From NCBI RefSeq assembly GCF_036321535.1, contig NC_087436.1, positions 108,564,001-108,628,000 on the forward strand: a stretch of DNA of 64,000 bases. Direction: 5' to 3'. Each line of letters begins with the position of its first letter. Within the stretch, counting starts at the first letter, position 1. Positions 41,247 through 55,269 of this stretch are shown here, one piece after another. Under the pieces are notes generated by a model. The model was not told the origin of the DNA. It was given only the letters and a program-made list of their open reading frames with translations, and made no database searches. This DNA is from Camelus dromedarius. Its lineage: Eukaryota. A program made the position numbers and the translations under genes.

Positions 41247-41449
41247 TGCTTAGTTTTGGATACATCTTCTTTTATCAAACATCGTTAAAAAGGAACAAAC
41301 TTTGGTCACTTAAAGATGAGCATAAACTTAAACCACAGTTTCTGTTTCTAAGCCACCTCTCTCTGTGATCGGAGTCATAAACAGATTACAGATTTTCAAT
41401 AACCATAGTAATGTTAGTTTAATGATTGTTTATACTATATGCTTTCAGT

Positions 41450-42035
41450 AGATTTCCTGAGATATAATTTGTATACTATAAAATTCACACATTTAAGTGT
41501 ATAATTCAATAAATTTTATTAAATTTACCTAGTTATCACTACAGACTAATATTAGAACTTTTTATCAGCTACAAAAGAAACCTCGTGTGTATTTGGTTCC
41601 TGTCCATTCCTCCACCTTCCTCAGCTCTAAGCAACCAGGAATCTACTTTCTGTCTCTATATATTTGCTCTTTTGATGGACATTTCATATAAATGGAATCA
41701 TATAAATATGCGGTCTTTTCTTCTGCCTTCTTTCGTTGAACATAATGTTCTTGAGGTTCATTTGTGTTGTAACATGTATCAAGATTTTGCTCTTTTTATT
41801 GTTAAGTAATGTTTCCTTGTGTAGATATAAGGCATTTTTGTCTGCTCACCTGCTGATGGGTATTTGGGTGTTTCCACTTTTTGGTCATTATGAAAAAGCT
41901 TCTGTGAATATTTGCATACAAGTCTTGCTGTGGGCATGTGTCTTCATTTCTTTAGAGAAGATACCCAGGAGTGAAATTGTTGAGTCATAGTGGTCATATG
42001 TTAAATCCATGCTTAGCTTTTTAAGACATGCTCTT
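41450..42035 (-). mobile_element. L1MB/MC 3' fragment
   Basis: tactataaaattcacacatttaagtgtataattcaat...atacccaggagtgaaattgttgagtcat. Confidence 0.85.
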
Positions 42036-43571
42036 TGTTTTTTGGTAGAATTGTGTGTTGTTTTGTTAACACACAGTGACAAAGAATATAAAATGCAGAA
42101 GAACCTAAAATGAATATAGCTTGTTTAATAGCCTGTGACCTGCAGAGTGAGCGTTAGGGGCCACTTAGAAATAAAACGTGTCTATTAATACAATACGGAA
42201 AGGGTAAACAGCTGTGAGTAAAGATGAATTCGGAATTCAACCACATATTGATTTTTAGAATCTTAATTTTATTCTATACAAGTAGAATAGGAACAAAAAT
42301 GGCATGGCACCAAGAAATGAGGGTAAGTCATGAGACTGGCAGCAAATCAAGACAGGATGGTTGAACAAGAGTATCCATTCATTACCAAAAGTTTGGTAAC
42401 TTGCATTTTTTTGGCTATTGGTTAATATATTTTGTCCCTCTATCATAAAAGGAATTCAACCTTCCCTGGAGCGTTTTTGTATATGGTAAGTTTAAATCTC
42501 TCCAGAAAGTTTGTGGGTTTTTTATTCTGTTTTAGTAAAATACAAAGATAAGCCAAGTGACATATTCAGATTTGCAAACACATGCAGTAGGATATTGTGG
42601 TGTATACATTATGTATTAGGATTCGTCCAATTTCACTTTTGCTGGTTGCTTGGGAATTTTTGTTTTAGCATCTGTGCTGAATTTTCTTGGCTATTACATG
42701 CAGCAGTGCCTTACAAGTAAACAGCTATGAATACAAACAGAACTCTTCCAAAATAACACCTGTGACATCTACCTTTTCATAGCTCCCGGTAGAGAGAATC
42801 TTATTTATTAACATGACTGACATATTAAAATAAAATAAAGTCACATACATTGGTGGAGCAGAAGACAAAATATAAAAAAACTGACACTTCTTAGTGGTTA
42901 TTAGCCATGAGAGGAAAATGGAGAAAACATTAATTCTCAAACTAGAATTTTTTTTCACACACTACTGAAGCACAGGGTATATGATTAGAGCTGTAGTTTG
43001 TATTCCAGTTATTGCAAAGCAGTCAGTCTATTTTTTATTTCATTGATGTTAAACTGACCTAATTTGATTGGATTTTACTTACTATTTGTTTTTAAAGAGT
43101 CAGGTTTTTTTTTTTAATTTTAGATTATGTACATACCTAGACTGATTGATAAAGATATGGTGAAAAAGAAGTTAAACGGACTGAGGAAATTTCTAATCTC
43201 CAGAAGGAGGGTAGTATAAATATTTTCATTCGATAGAAGCCATCTTTTAACCACATGTTAGTGGAGTGAAACCCCTCTGGAATTCTCCTTGCCTGGGAAA
43301 ACTCAAATCAGGGATTTCCCGAACTAGTCCTCTCGCTGTATTTCCTACGTATCTACTTTCCTCTCTGGACTTCACTCTGTGAGTGATCACACGTGCATAC
43401 ATCTGTGGACACACACCACTTCCTAAGCCGCTAGTGTCTGATGCCCATCTTAACCAATAACCCTACTACCCTCCCTGTTACGCATATTTGAAAAATTAGA
43501 TCCATTTTTAACCCTCTGCTTTCCCTCTCTAGTGCCCCTGTGTGCAGTTGGTTTCTCAAGTTCAGCATTCC

Positions 43572-43607
<36 letters not shown>
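43572..43607. repeat. (TTG)n trinucleotide repeat
   Basis: Directly visible; it explains the poly-V and poly-T ORFs. Confidence 0.95.
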
Positions 43608-44734
43608 GTTGCATACGTTGCTAGTACTTTTCCATCCTATTTCTTCTGTCAAGAGTCAGAGTCATGTAGTGGATAAGGACGCAGACTCTGTGTTTGTAAG
43701 TCTCAGTCTGGCACTTCCTAGTTGTGTAGGCTTGGGCAGCTCTCGTACCCTGTGTGTCCCCGTTTCGTCTTCCGTACACCAGCGAGTAAATTAATGCTGG
43801 CTGTTGGCGGGGAGTTTCCGTTCTCCTCCACGTGGACCTTTCCATAGAACCACTTGAGTTTTCCCACAACGTGGCAGCTGACTTCTCCCAGAGCAAGTCA
43901 TCAAAAGAGTACAAGGCAGAAGCCACCAGGTGTTTTATAACCTAGCCTCAGAGGTCAGACGATGTCATTTGTGTAACGACCTATTGGTTGTACAGGACAG
44001 GGTGGGACGCCTTCCACAAAGGTGTGGATGTCAGAAGGTGGGGCTCATTGGAGCCCGTGTGGAGCCCAGCTAGCTGTTCTTACTGACAATGCTTTTTCTT
44101 TGAACCTGCCTTTCCTTTCCTCTTCTCTTGAAGTATGCTCCCGGTGGAGTTTTCCCTCACACCTCCCACATCACCTACAATCTTCTAGCTGTTACTAGAG
44201 CTTTTCCTTATCATTTTTGATGTACCTCTTAACAACTCAGGTATTAACTCCTGTCATATTAGATGTTAATATCTTCTTTGATCATATCCTTTTGCCTCAG
44301 ATAACAATTTGCATTGTATGAGGAGGTTTTAATCTTTCTGTAGTTAAATCTGTCAGAACTTCTATTATGCAACAAGAGTATTCATTTAAAACGCTCATAA
44401 ATATTTAGTTCTAGTTTGGATTAGAATATTATTGATTATTTTTATATAAATGTTTGACTTATTTGGAATTTGTTTTGCCATTTGCTAGAAGGTATAGATC
44501 TAAATTAGTTTATTTAAAAAGCTTTTTCTTTTAATTTTTGTGACATCTATTCTATTTTCATTCCATATGTTCCACTGGTCTCTATTTTTTAAATGTTTAT
44601 AAATATAACATTTGTTATCCTTTATTTTAGAAAAACTTTGTCATTTTTTATTTTGAATTTATTAATAATTTTGAATTTATTCACATATTGGGATAAATGA
44701 ATGTATTTCTTTTCCAGCATATGTTGGAGTTTTT

Positions 44735-46670
44735 AAAAATTATTGAACCATAATTGATTCACAATATTATATTAGCTTAAAGTATAGCACATTACTGATT
44801 TGATATTTTTATACATTATAAAACAATCACCACAAGAAGTCTAGTTACCACCTGTCACCGTATAAAGTTATTACAGTGTTATTGGCTGTATTCCCTGTGC
44901 TGTACATTATATGCTCCTGACATTTATTTTATAACTGGAAGTTGGTACCTCTTAATCCCTTTCACCTATTTTGCCCATCCCCTTTGGGAAGCACCAGATT
45001 GTTCTCTGTATTTATGAGTCTGTTTCTGTTTTGTTATGTTTGTTGATTTGTTTTGCCTTTCAGATTCCACATGTAAGTGAAATCATGCTGTGTTTGTTTT
45101 TCTCTGTCTGACTTACTTCACTGAACGTAATACTCTCTAGGTCTGTGTTGTCACAAATGGCAAGCTTTCATTCTTTTTATGGCTGAGTAATATTCCAGTG
45201 GGGTGTATGTGTTTGTGCATGTGTGTGTGTGTGTATGCGTGCATGCGCGTGTGCTTGCATGTATACTCCATCTTTTTTATCCATTCATCTATCAGTGGAT
45301 ACTTAGGTTGCTTTCATATCTTAGCTACTGTAAATAGTGCTGCAGTGAACATTGAGCTGCATATGTCTTTTCAAATTAATGTTTTCATTTTCTTTGCATA
45401 AATACTCAGAAATGAAATTTCTAGGTTGTTTTATTTTTTAATTTTTTGAGGAACCTCCACACTGTTTTCCATAGTGGCTGCACCACTGTACATTCCCACC
45501 AACAGTGCATGAGTTCCCTTTTCTCCACATCCTCACCAACATTTCATTTTTTTTGTCTTTTTGACAGTAGCCATTCTGTGGTGTGTGAGGTGATATATCA
45601 TCGTAGTTTAAAAAAATTTTTTTAATTTATGTATTTATTTTACAGTATCATATTTTTAAAATTGAAATATAGTTGATGTACAATATTATATGTTACAGGT
45701 ATACAATATAGTGATTCACAATTTTTTTCTTTTTTTTAATCGAAGTACAGTCAATTATAATGTGTCAGTCTCTGGTGTATAGCACAATATCCCAGTCATG
45801 CATATACATACATATATTCATTTTCAAATTTTTTTCCATTAAAGGTTATTACAAGATATTGAACATAGTTCCCTGTGCTATACAAAGGAAACTTTTTTAA
45901 AATCTATTTTTATATATACTGGACAACATTTGTAAACATTTCCTTGATTGTTAGAGATGTTGAGCATCTTTTAATGTGCCTATTGGCCACCTGTGTGTCT
46001 TCTTTGGAAAAACGTCTCTTTAGGCCCTCTGCCCATTTTTAATCATGCAGGGTTTTTTTTTTTTACATTGAATTGTATAAGTTTTTTTTTTTTAATATTT
46101 TGGATATTAACCCCTTGTCAGAGATATCTTTTGCAAATATTTTCTCCCTTTAGTAGGTGGATTTTATTTTGTTGATCTGATTTTTTTTCACTGTGTAAAA
46201 GCTTTTTAGTTTGATATAATCCCATTTGTTTACTTTTGCTTTTGTTGTCCTTTCTTGATGAGACAGATCCAGAAAATTAGTATGAATACCAATATCAAGT
46301 AGTGTACTCCCTATGTTTTCTTCTAGGGATGTTGTTGTTTCAGGTCTTACACGTAAGTATTTAATGCATTTTGAGCATATTTTATATGGTATGAAAAAAT
46401 GCTCAAACTTTCATTCTTTTACATGTAGCTCTCCAGTTTTCCCAACACCACTTATTGAAAATACTATCTTTTCCCCATTACATTTTCTTGCCTCCTTTGC
46501 TGAGGATTAATTGATCATTGTACTTGGGTTTATTTCCAAGATCTCTGTTCTGTTCCATTGATCTTTGTGATCTTTGTGTCTGATTTTGTGCCAGTACCAA
46601 ACTGTTTCGATTACTATAGCTTTATAGAATAGTTTGCTGTCAGGAAGCATGATACTTCCATCTTTGTTCT
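44735..46670 (-). mobile_element. L1MA-type ORF2 end plus 3'UTR, with nested younger L1 3' ends at ~45610-45935
   Basis: Classic antisense L1 (gaggaacctccacactgttttccatagtggctgcacc; tgtgccagtaccaaactgtttcgattactatagc) interrupted by two poly-T-headed L1 tails. Confidence 0.9.
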
Positions 46671-49600
46671 GTTATCTTCTTTCTAATTAGCCCTTAGTGT
46701 CTCTAACTCAGTGTCTCTGGAAAATAGAAACTAGGTTTATATATATATGCATTTGATTGAGGTTGGCCAAATTATTGAATTCTTTTTTTTTTTTTTTTGT
46801 ATCTCCCTCACTCAGATCATAAATCTTGAAGTTGAAAGGATTCTGTTGGATACTCTGATGTTTTGGTTGTGGTGGAATGTCCTACTTGTTATCCTGAGGC
46901 ACAGCATTACTGCTTGTTCAATTGCTTTTCCATTTTTAGAAGGCATTATGTATTCAGATTATGTTTTCTTTTAAATAAGGAGAAAAATGAAAGTCAAAAT
47001 GTTTATTATTGGAATACAAGTTAAGTCACATTGTGATTGTAATTAAAGCCCATTAGGAAGGTAACTCATTTACCTGAAAATTTGATGTCAGTTATATCTG
47101 GACTTGGAGACGCCATAGTATCACCCACTAATTATGTAATGTCCCTTCTTATGAAGTGTCATATACAACACAAAATTGTTTTTCTTAAACAATGCTGTCT
47201 GCTCAGTCTTAAAGATTCTTCTATTGAAGAAAGTCTCAAAAGCAGCCTTTGTAGTAGAAAGCAAATGATTTGTGCAGGGATCAACTTTTGTTCATATGTA
47301 TATATAGCCTTTGTAATTGTTTATCTTTATGTGTAACATTGTCTTAAAATGTTTACATTTTTTGAGGTGTTGCCTGGTGGCAAGGTGCTTTTATGCCTTT
47401 AACTGGTCTTGAAACTCTATTTTACACTTCTGTATAATATGTTCTTTCTTAGTGCTTTCAGATGATTTCAACCCATATATCTGTAATGGTTCTTGTCAAA
47501 TTGTATTATATTTAGTCATTTGTATTGCAGTTTCCAAACTAGGTTACAAGTTGGTGCTTATTTGAGAAGTTTTCAGGGACCTGGTTAGTCCTTGCTTGAG
47601 TGACTTGGCTAATTATTTCTATCGTGAAGCCATGCTCTCTGCTACTACTTACAATTTCCTTCATCCAGAACCCTGAGGCTTAAAGCCAAGGGAAAAGGAA
47701 CCACACTGCTTCCTTCCCCATTGGCTCTTTCTCCTTCTGCCAGAAAGCTCTACATGAAGTTGAGAATATCAGTGGGAGGGGAGGAGTCACAACAGAAATT
47801 TAAATAGATAGATCTGATTCCATATATTCATTCAAGTTCATTCTTTAGCCATTAGAAATATGTGCCAAACAGAGTGGATAGGAAAAAAAAAAAAAGATTG
47901 ACTACTCTGGGTTTGGAGCTTGTAATGAATTATATATGTAATTTGAAAATGGCGTGTTTTCTGTCTAGTGCATAATTAAGTGGATGACTATACTTTTTCG
48001 ACTGGCCTCTGCTGAGGAATATAGACATTAGTCCTTTAATTCTCCATTTTTGAAAGAGCAGATAGTGCTCAGGACGCTAGCAGGATAGTTGTACCTACCT
48101 GTTATTTTTGTGAGAATTAAGTAAGTTGATTGATGGGAAAGAAAGACCTTTAAGTTGATTCATAGAAAATACCTGTAAGGAGTGCCTGGTACATATCAAA
48201 TGCTCAGTAAATGGTAGTTGTTTATAATGATTAAATTATTCCACAGACCCATGGGATTGAGTGAACTGCAATAGATGGGAAGCTAGCGATTACAGGCGCG
48301 GCATAGATTTCAGGATCGGACAAACCAGAGTTTCAATTCTGGCTCTGCCATTCACTAACTCCAACTTGGGCCGTTGCTGAGACCATCTGAATCTCAGTTT
48401 CCTCGGCAGGATAATGAAAAGAGCAATTGCTTGTTTCCACGGTTATGAGGATTAAATTAAGTTTATGTAAACTGTTGCACATCTGTATAAAATGGATGGC
48501 CTGGTACCTGAGAGCACTCAACAAAGGGGATTTCTTGTTGTGGGAATTGCAAGACCTGAATTTAAGCCTCAGTCTTTCCATTCATTAGCTATGAGATCTT
48601 CATGAAATTGCTTTATTCTTTTAAGCCTCAGTGTCCTTTCCTGGAAACTGAAAAGCAAAATGAAATGGAATTCAATATTTGTATATATGTTGACTCTGCC
48701 ACTTACTCCTTTTTTATTGTCACTTACCTTTAAAAATTTAATTACCTGTTAAGGTGGTTTTTTCCTTACCATATTTTAAGCCTTAGAGTTATTTATCTTT
48801 GCATATCCAAAGCCTCGCACAGTGCCTGCCATATACAGTTTGCTCAATAAATGCCAAATGAATAAAGGAAAGAATGAATGCATGGGTGGAAGTGTACATA
48901 TTTTTGTAAGAATGATGCATTAGCAGTGTTCAAGGACAGAGCAACGGTGACTGATCTCATTTTACACAGCTACAGCTCAGCATTAGAGAATTGGAAGTTG
49001 GTTGAGCAAAATGTCCCCAAGGATATTAAAGATGAATAGCATTTTCCTCTATATGAAATTATTCTTAACACAATTACATGTGTCAAAATCAAGTTTACTT
49101 TCACTGCCACTGAAGCACAGGATGTAATTGCCACTGATTCTATTAAAATGAGTCTGTTTTTGCTCTGCAATTTTTGTAAATTTAGCATAGTAATATTTTC
49201 TCATTAGTTGTTCACCCAATTTTTTCACATAGTTGAAAAAAATTTGTATGTGATGTTTTAACCTTGTCATTCACATTTTATTTCAGATCTGATTACTTTT
49301 CACAATAAAAGATAACAAAGGATACTGAGGTCCCTACATGCATTTCTGAGGGTTTTTAAAATTTTAATTGGTTAAACAAAGTTATTACTACAAAATTGTC
49401 TATGATTAAAAATAATTTTAAAATACCTGGGAGAAAAATTAAACAATAAAATAAAACTTTTCTTTAAAAACAAAAAAGCCTAAGTCGTCTGAAATAGTAT
49501 ATCAATGTGCCTTGTCCTGGAACAAAGCCTTTGGAAGGCAGGTGTATTTCTGTCCCTGACTTAACTTTTGGGGATGTATATTTATCTTTTTCAGCATCAT

Positions 49601-49674
49601 GCAATGCCTCAGAACTACACATTGGGTTTTCTATTGTCCTTGCTTTGGCAAAATGTGTCTGTGCTGTTGCCTCA

Positions 49675-52100
49675 TTCATTCAATAAATAATCATATAGCA
49701 CCTTGATTTGCATTGTGTTCTGGTGTATGATGCCATGGCATCTTGATGGCTCTCCTTATGGAGCTCAACTGTCAGTGAGAGAGACAGGCATCATCCACAT
49801 GAAAACACAAACGAGTAGAGACGCACACTTGAGATGAGAACCACGAAGGAAGGGAAGAGGGTGTGGGTTTGAAAAAGAACAACGGCAGGAGTGGAGGGAG
49901 GGGGGCTGCTGATTAACAATGGCAGGATCACAGAGCATCTTTCTGGGGAGGTAGTTTATACCGAAACCTTTAAGACAAGGAGTTGGAGAAGGAATGAGGA
50001 CAGTCAGTTGAAGAAAAGTCCAGGTGAATGAAAGAGGTAGGCATATTTTAGAAACCATATCAGAAGAATATAAAGTGAGAGGCAGTGGGAGTGGTGTGAG
50101 CAGGGATGAGGTCATGCAGGGGTTTGTGTGGTGGAACCAAGTTTGCATTTTGAAATGATCACTCTGGATGAAATGTAGGGAAAAAACTGGGGGGTGGGTG
50201 AAGAATACAAGGGAAGATACCAGTCAGGAAACGACAGCTTCCGTAGCTCCAGGATGAGGTGATGGCTCCATGGACCGAGGAGGGAGTGGGGAGTGTGGAG
50301 AGCAGTGTGCAGATTTGAGATGTATTTTGGTTCTTGTTGTCTTGTGACCTTCCCCATTTTTTCACTTCTTAACATCTGAAAACTGGATGGTCTTTTAGTC
50401 AATGGCATTTCATGGTTTATTTTCTGGCATTATTTTTCTTTCATAGGAGCTGTACTTAAAATAATGACACCTGTTAACAATCATTGAAATCTTATTCGAC
50501 AGAATATGGTAAAACTTGCTAAAATTTTACAAGGGATAATGACCTTTATTTCCTTCCTTTATGTAGTTTCATTGTTAACTGAGATATCTATTACAATAGG
50601 TTGGGACAATGTACAAAGAAATACTCTATTTTCAAGTATTTATTCATTCATTTCACAAATATTTATTGCATTTCCAGCACCTAGAGGGGTCCTGGGGATA
50701 CAGTGGAGAGTAAGAGGATAAAACAAGAACACAGTCCTCTTGGAGCATCTAGTTTGGCTGGAAAGATAGACATTGAACAAATAACAAATGCTGTTGAGTT
50801 CTGTGGAAGTATAGCTTGCAACAACAGGGAGAAAAATATGTGCCCGATCGTGTCTGGACAAAAAGGAAAAATGTCTTGCGGAAATGACGTTGAATCTGAG
50901 ACCTGGAAGATGAGGCATTGATGTGGGAAAAGGAGGAGGGAGATGTCATTCTAGGCCTATTTCCGGACACAGTTGAGTAATGGAAAAATTAGGAATTCTG
51001 GAACACAGAGAGGGAGAGAGAGAGAGTGATAAAAGATGAGACTGGTATTTACGTGGGACCAGATATTACTGGGTCTTATCCTATGGGTAATAAGAAGGGA
51101 TGGAAGAGTTGTATATCATAATCTTGTTTTTCACTAAGATCTTGTGGTCACAGTGTGCGGAAAGTTCTTGGAAGGTAGGAGATGGAGGGCCAGCATGGAT
51201 TCGTGTAGCTTTGTAGAGAGACAATAGTGATAATCGTGGTAATGGAAATAATAGGACAGATATAAGACATATTTAGGTGGTAGAGTCCACAGGATTTGGC
51301 ACCAAAAACGAGGGTCACCCACCATCATGATTTCATAAGGACCATCACAACTTTTTTTATTGAAAGTTCCATATCCCTGAAAACCCCTTAGTTCCAGGAA
51401 AATCATGATGTTTGGCCATTCTAGGTGGGAGAGTGGGAAATAATATAACTTCTACCTTTCTGGCTTGAAAAATGAGGTAAATGATAATACCACTTCCTGT
51501 GTCAGACTCCTGAGGGAGGCCAGTTTTTGAGTAGCGATGACTTGTAGATTTGAGTTGCCAGTGAGACAACTAAGTACATATTTGAATGAAAATGTCTGGA
51601 ACTCAGAAGTAAGATCTGATACAGTGATAGGCATTTAAGATTTTGGATTTCAGTGGCCAGTAAAACCATGGTACTCAAATTATGAACTAGTGAGATTATG
51701 TTGAGTGAGAAGAAAAGTATGGGACCTGAGGATTTTCAACTTTAAATATCTGATAAGGAAAAGGTGGAAAAATACCTAGAGAAGAAGCGGCTAAAAAGAG
51801 AGAAAGAATAAAAGGAGACCAAGACACAGTGACCATTTCAAGGGGGTACTGAAGTGTGTTGAATGCTGTTGACACAAATATATGATGATAATTGAAATTT
51901 GTTATATTTTGAGACCTTTTAGCAAGAGTAGTGTTTGTAGATTGATGGAAATGAAGCCTGATTGTGTGGGGACTGTGTTGTGAAGTCACAGCTGTGAAGG
52001 CTGTCTTGAAAACTTTAACTAAAACAGTTGTAAAGAGACTGTCACCTGAAGGCAGGTAGAGAGCATTCTTTAGCTGTATGAGAGAGGCTTGAGCCAACAG
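49675..52100 (-). mobile_element. Two L2 remnants (49675-50345, 50640-52100) flanking an AAA3 exon; small hAT-Blackjack-like MITE at ~51310-51422
   Basis: ttcattcaataaata and tattcattcatttcacaaatatttattg are reverse L2 tails. Confidence 0.75.
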
Positions 52101-53109
52101 AGACAAAGAATTTGAAGGAATTTAAAAGAGAAGGTATAGGGTCTTAATAAAAAAAAAAAAAAGACAAGATCTAGAGAATGTTAGAGGAATTTCTCTTAGC
52201 TACTCTCCTACTTGTAACAGGTGGAAAGGAGGAAAGGAAAGGTGCAGGGATGCATCTCAGAGTTGCATTATACATGGCAGTGTGCTTCATAGGAAGCATT
52301 TCATTAAGCATTATGTGTAAAATTATACTTCATAAGAAAAAGTACAGTAAGCAGCCCATTGAATGATTATGTATCATATATTCATAATTGCATTTATTAT
52401 AGCTTTACTATCTGAACAATTATTTTTAAAAATGTTAATCACATTTCTTGTAAGCAAATTTATTGTGACTCTAATAATTGCCAGGCACTCATGGTGCAGA
52501 GATGGCACTGTCACCGCCATCAAGGACTTGCAGTGTAGTGGTGGAGATAAGCATTTAAACAGATAAGCTCAATACAGTCTGACAGAAGGTGGGACTAGAG
52601 TGGTGGAAGGAGAGAGAAGGAAACAACTTTATAAGAGAATTGCATGCATTAGGATAGAGGTTCGGCCACCTGAATAAGACTCAAATAAATCTGACTTTAT
52701 TATATAGACTCATTATGCATCTCAAGGGTGGGTGGGTGGAAAGAATAGGACTTCTCTGCTCCACAAAGTCATGCAGGGATCTAGATTTCATAAATTTGTT
52801 GCTCCTTTACATCTAAATGATGGAAGCTGGCTCCCCACCATGATATCCATGCTTTAGTGCACAGGAGGGCAGCAGAGGTGATGGATGTTGAGCACATAAT
52901 ATGTGCTCAAATCCCATGAGCCCAGCTCACACTATTATCAGGAGATGGAGAGAATCCCTACGAGAGGCAAACCAGTCATGTGTCACAGGCGGTGACATTG
53001 ATTTAAATCTTCAAGGATATGAGGAGTTTTCAAAAAGAGTAAGAGATTCCTGGGATAAAGGACTAACATATATCATGGCAAATGTAACGTTTTAAAATTT
53101 TAACAATCA

Positions 53110-53622
53110 TTATGGCACCAGTTTTACAGTAGACTCCTCCAGTGCCTACATCACCTCTCTCAGACCATCTCTCACCTTAGCAAAGGTCTGGTGGGCAATT
53201 CCACAGGAGCTCAGACTCACCTTGTAAGCTCAGGGTTTTACCTCATTGCTCACTGTGTATCTTTCTGAGTCAGCTTCCTGGCCTAGGGTTACGTCACTGG
53301 AGCTCCCTCAGCCTGACTGTACAAGTATTGCCTGGAAGTGGAGAGAAGTCAACAAACTCAGTCATTGATGGGAGGATCAAAGCTTTATCTTTCTGGATAA
53401 ATCTGGTAGCATTTCATAGGCATCTCAGAGATCTTAGCATATTTGAGCTTCTGATCCCTCAGCAAATACCTTGTCAAGGCACATTTGTGCTATTTTTTAT
53501 CCATCCCTGTATCACTCTCACTGCTTCCTCACTCCTGCTTCCCGTGATCACCTCCTTAATAAACTACTTGTATCCAATTCCTTATCTCAGACTCTGACTT
53601 TTGCAAGCCCAAACCAACCACT
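53110..53622 (+). mobile_element. LTR16-like ERVL solo LTR
   Basis: 3' end aataaactacttgtatccaattccttatctcagactctg...cccaaac. Confidence 0.65.
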
Positions 53623-55269
53623 CAAATAAGAGCAGATGGTCTGATTAACCAGAATAGATGTCTGCTGGCTTGGCCTCACCAGTGTGTCCCTACTGGACAC
53701 ACTCTATAGATGGACGAGGGAGAAGTTATTCCAAGCCTGCTTCCTGACACATTTGAGTGTTGGAAAGGTTAGTAGTGCTGGAACACAGAGAGAGAGAGAG
53801 AGAGTGATGAAAGATAGGGCTCTGAGATAGATGAGGCCAGAGAGTACTGGGTCTTATCTTATGGACAATGAGAAGGGATGGAAGAGATTTATATAATAAT
53901 CTTATTATAGAGCCAGGAAGTTGGTGATTTCAAAAAGCCATGAGAAATGTAATGACTGCAAGTAGACTCTGAAGGAGAAGCAGAGGAAACTGTAGATGTA
54001 GATGGGGTTAAAATTAAAATAGAGAACATACAGTTTACTACTGATATCATTATTTCTATACTATAGTTATTATGTAGTATAGGTTTAATATATTTAAATG
54101 TGTATATGCATATGTGTACTATAATCATATATATATTATTTTACATATATATATATATATATATATATGTAAAAATATAAAATGAGATCTATATTTAATC
54201 CTGCAGGTGACAGGAAGCCACTCGTGGTAAATTTTTCTGTATGTTTTCTTTATGTATTTTAATAAAGGAGTTATATACTTGGATTGAGTTTCCAGAAATT
54301 TTATGTTGAGAATAAGTGGCAGGGGACATTTTTGTAGAAAGAGAGGCCTCTGAAGAGGCTACTTTGGACACCCAACTGGGAAACAAGGATCCAAACAGGG
54401 GCAGGGATGGAGACAGAAAGAAGGGAATCTCTATTCTAGAGAAAATGGATGAATTGAAATGATGTTAAAATACTTGATAGCTGGTCCTGCCAGACACCCA
54501 CTAGTGAACACCCCAGCATAATGGACCTGGTGCATTCGGGCCAGTTAGCTGCCTGGGCATGGAGGATCCACACAGAAAATCACCCAATCTATTCTTAGAT
54601 CTGTTTTGATTTCTGCTAACTTTCTAACTAATATGGGAGAATGTTCCAATGCCATGCCATTTAGATTTATGTATGCCCTGCCATCCCCATTTCTCTCACA
54701 CTTTAAAGATTTCTGAAAAAAATCTATTTTAATATAATAAAATATGTATGAGTTCACCTTTGAAGACTAAGTCATGATCGACACCCACCCCGAGACTCTC
54801 CACACTCACCATAACATCTCTCACCTCTTCTTTTCTTCTTCCTGCAAAGGCTGGCTAGTTCTGACATGCTGATGGACGGAAAGTGCGTGTGAGAGCAGGT
54901 GTTAGCATGTCCAAGAGAATTCGGGCAAGAATTAACACTTCTCTCAGGATAAATGACCTTTTACTCCTTCCCGAAATGTTCCAGTTCTGCTGGAGCGACT
55001 GCAAAGCCAGGTTGATTTGCTCAACTAATATCTATTGATTGCAGACAGTGTTCCAGCAATCAGACGATTACCTTGGGGGACAGGAAGATGGAAAAGACAG
55101 ACTGTGTAACCATCAGGAGCTTTATAGGCTTATGCAGAGGTAAAATGTGCCCATATTTCCTGAAGTGTATCTGTATTTCCTATTATTTCACAGGCTAGAA
55201 GTCAGCATTGTGCTGCGTTTACATTGCGATTTCCCCTGCCACCAATTTCAGAATTTAAAAGAGGGGAGT

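Larger units (their letters stand above)
40917..46942 (+). pseudogene. AAA2 and AAA2-lid exon remnants (40917-~41055, 42283-42322, 42452-42485, 42704-~42862, 43124-43348, 46816-46942)
   Basis: KIKCQKLYIV...LLEG ~ K..QLYE....RHG.MLVG; E*..NGMA..MR|EF..WSVFVYG ~ EW.DG...MREF..KWIVFDG; K*TAMNT ~ WIE.MNT; IMYIP..; ELVLSLYFL ~ NLV.SLC.L; ERILLDTLMFWLWWNV ~ LE..F.F.L.WS. Canonical gtaagt donors at 42323 and 42486; strong poly-T acceptors ending at 43123 and 46815. Confidence 0.65.
48970..55010 (+). pseudogene. AAA3 and lid exon remnants (48970-49123, 49287-~49351, 49595-~49655, 50447-50599, 52221-52346, 54207-~54314, 54599-~54745, 54850-55010)
   Basis: ENWKLVEQNVP..FPLYEIILNTITCVK-SSLLSLPLKH ~ W..W...VP...PF.EIIVPT.DTVRY..LL..L..H; LLFTIKDNKG ~ LLFVGPTGTGK; IIE-LIRQNM..FY ~ IELLRQ.M...FY; phase-1 junction G|GG..MHLRVALYM ~ PGGGR..I..RL.RHF; LPSPFLSHF ~ LPTP.KSHY; REFGQEL ~ RVF.DRL. 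Confidence 0.75.

Noticed and set aside
42283..42782. Spliceable stop-free peptide NRNKNGMAPRNEG-IQPSLERFCI-CSALQVNSYEYKQNSSKITPVTSTFS* across three exons
   Set aside because: No recognisable family. The same exons are better explained as AAA2 remnants in other frames, so the open frame is probably chance.
47073..47122. Minus-strand Kozak ATG exon MASPSPDITDIKFS followed by a gtaaat donor
   Set aside because: Too short, with no promoter or CpG island and no downstream exons identified.
48970..49210. YSSALENW initially suggested a discoidin/F5-8 domain
   Set aside because: The following EIILNT..VK-SSLL and neighbouring exons fit the dynein AAA3 entry much better.
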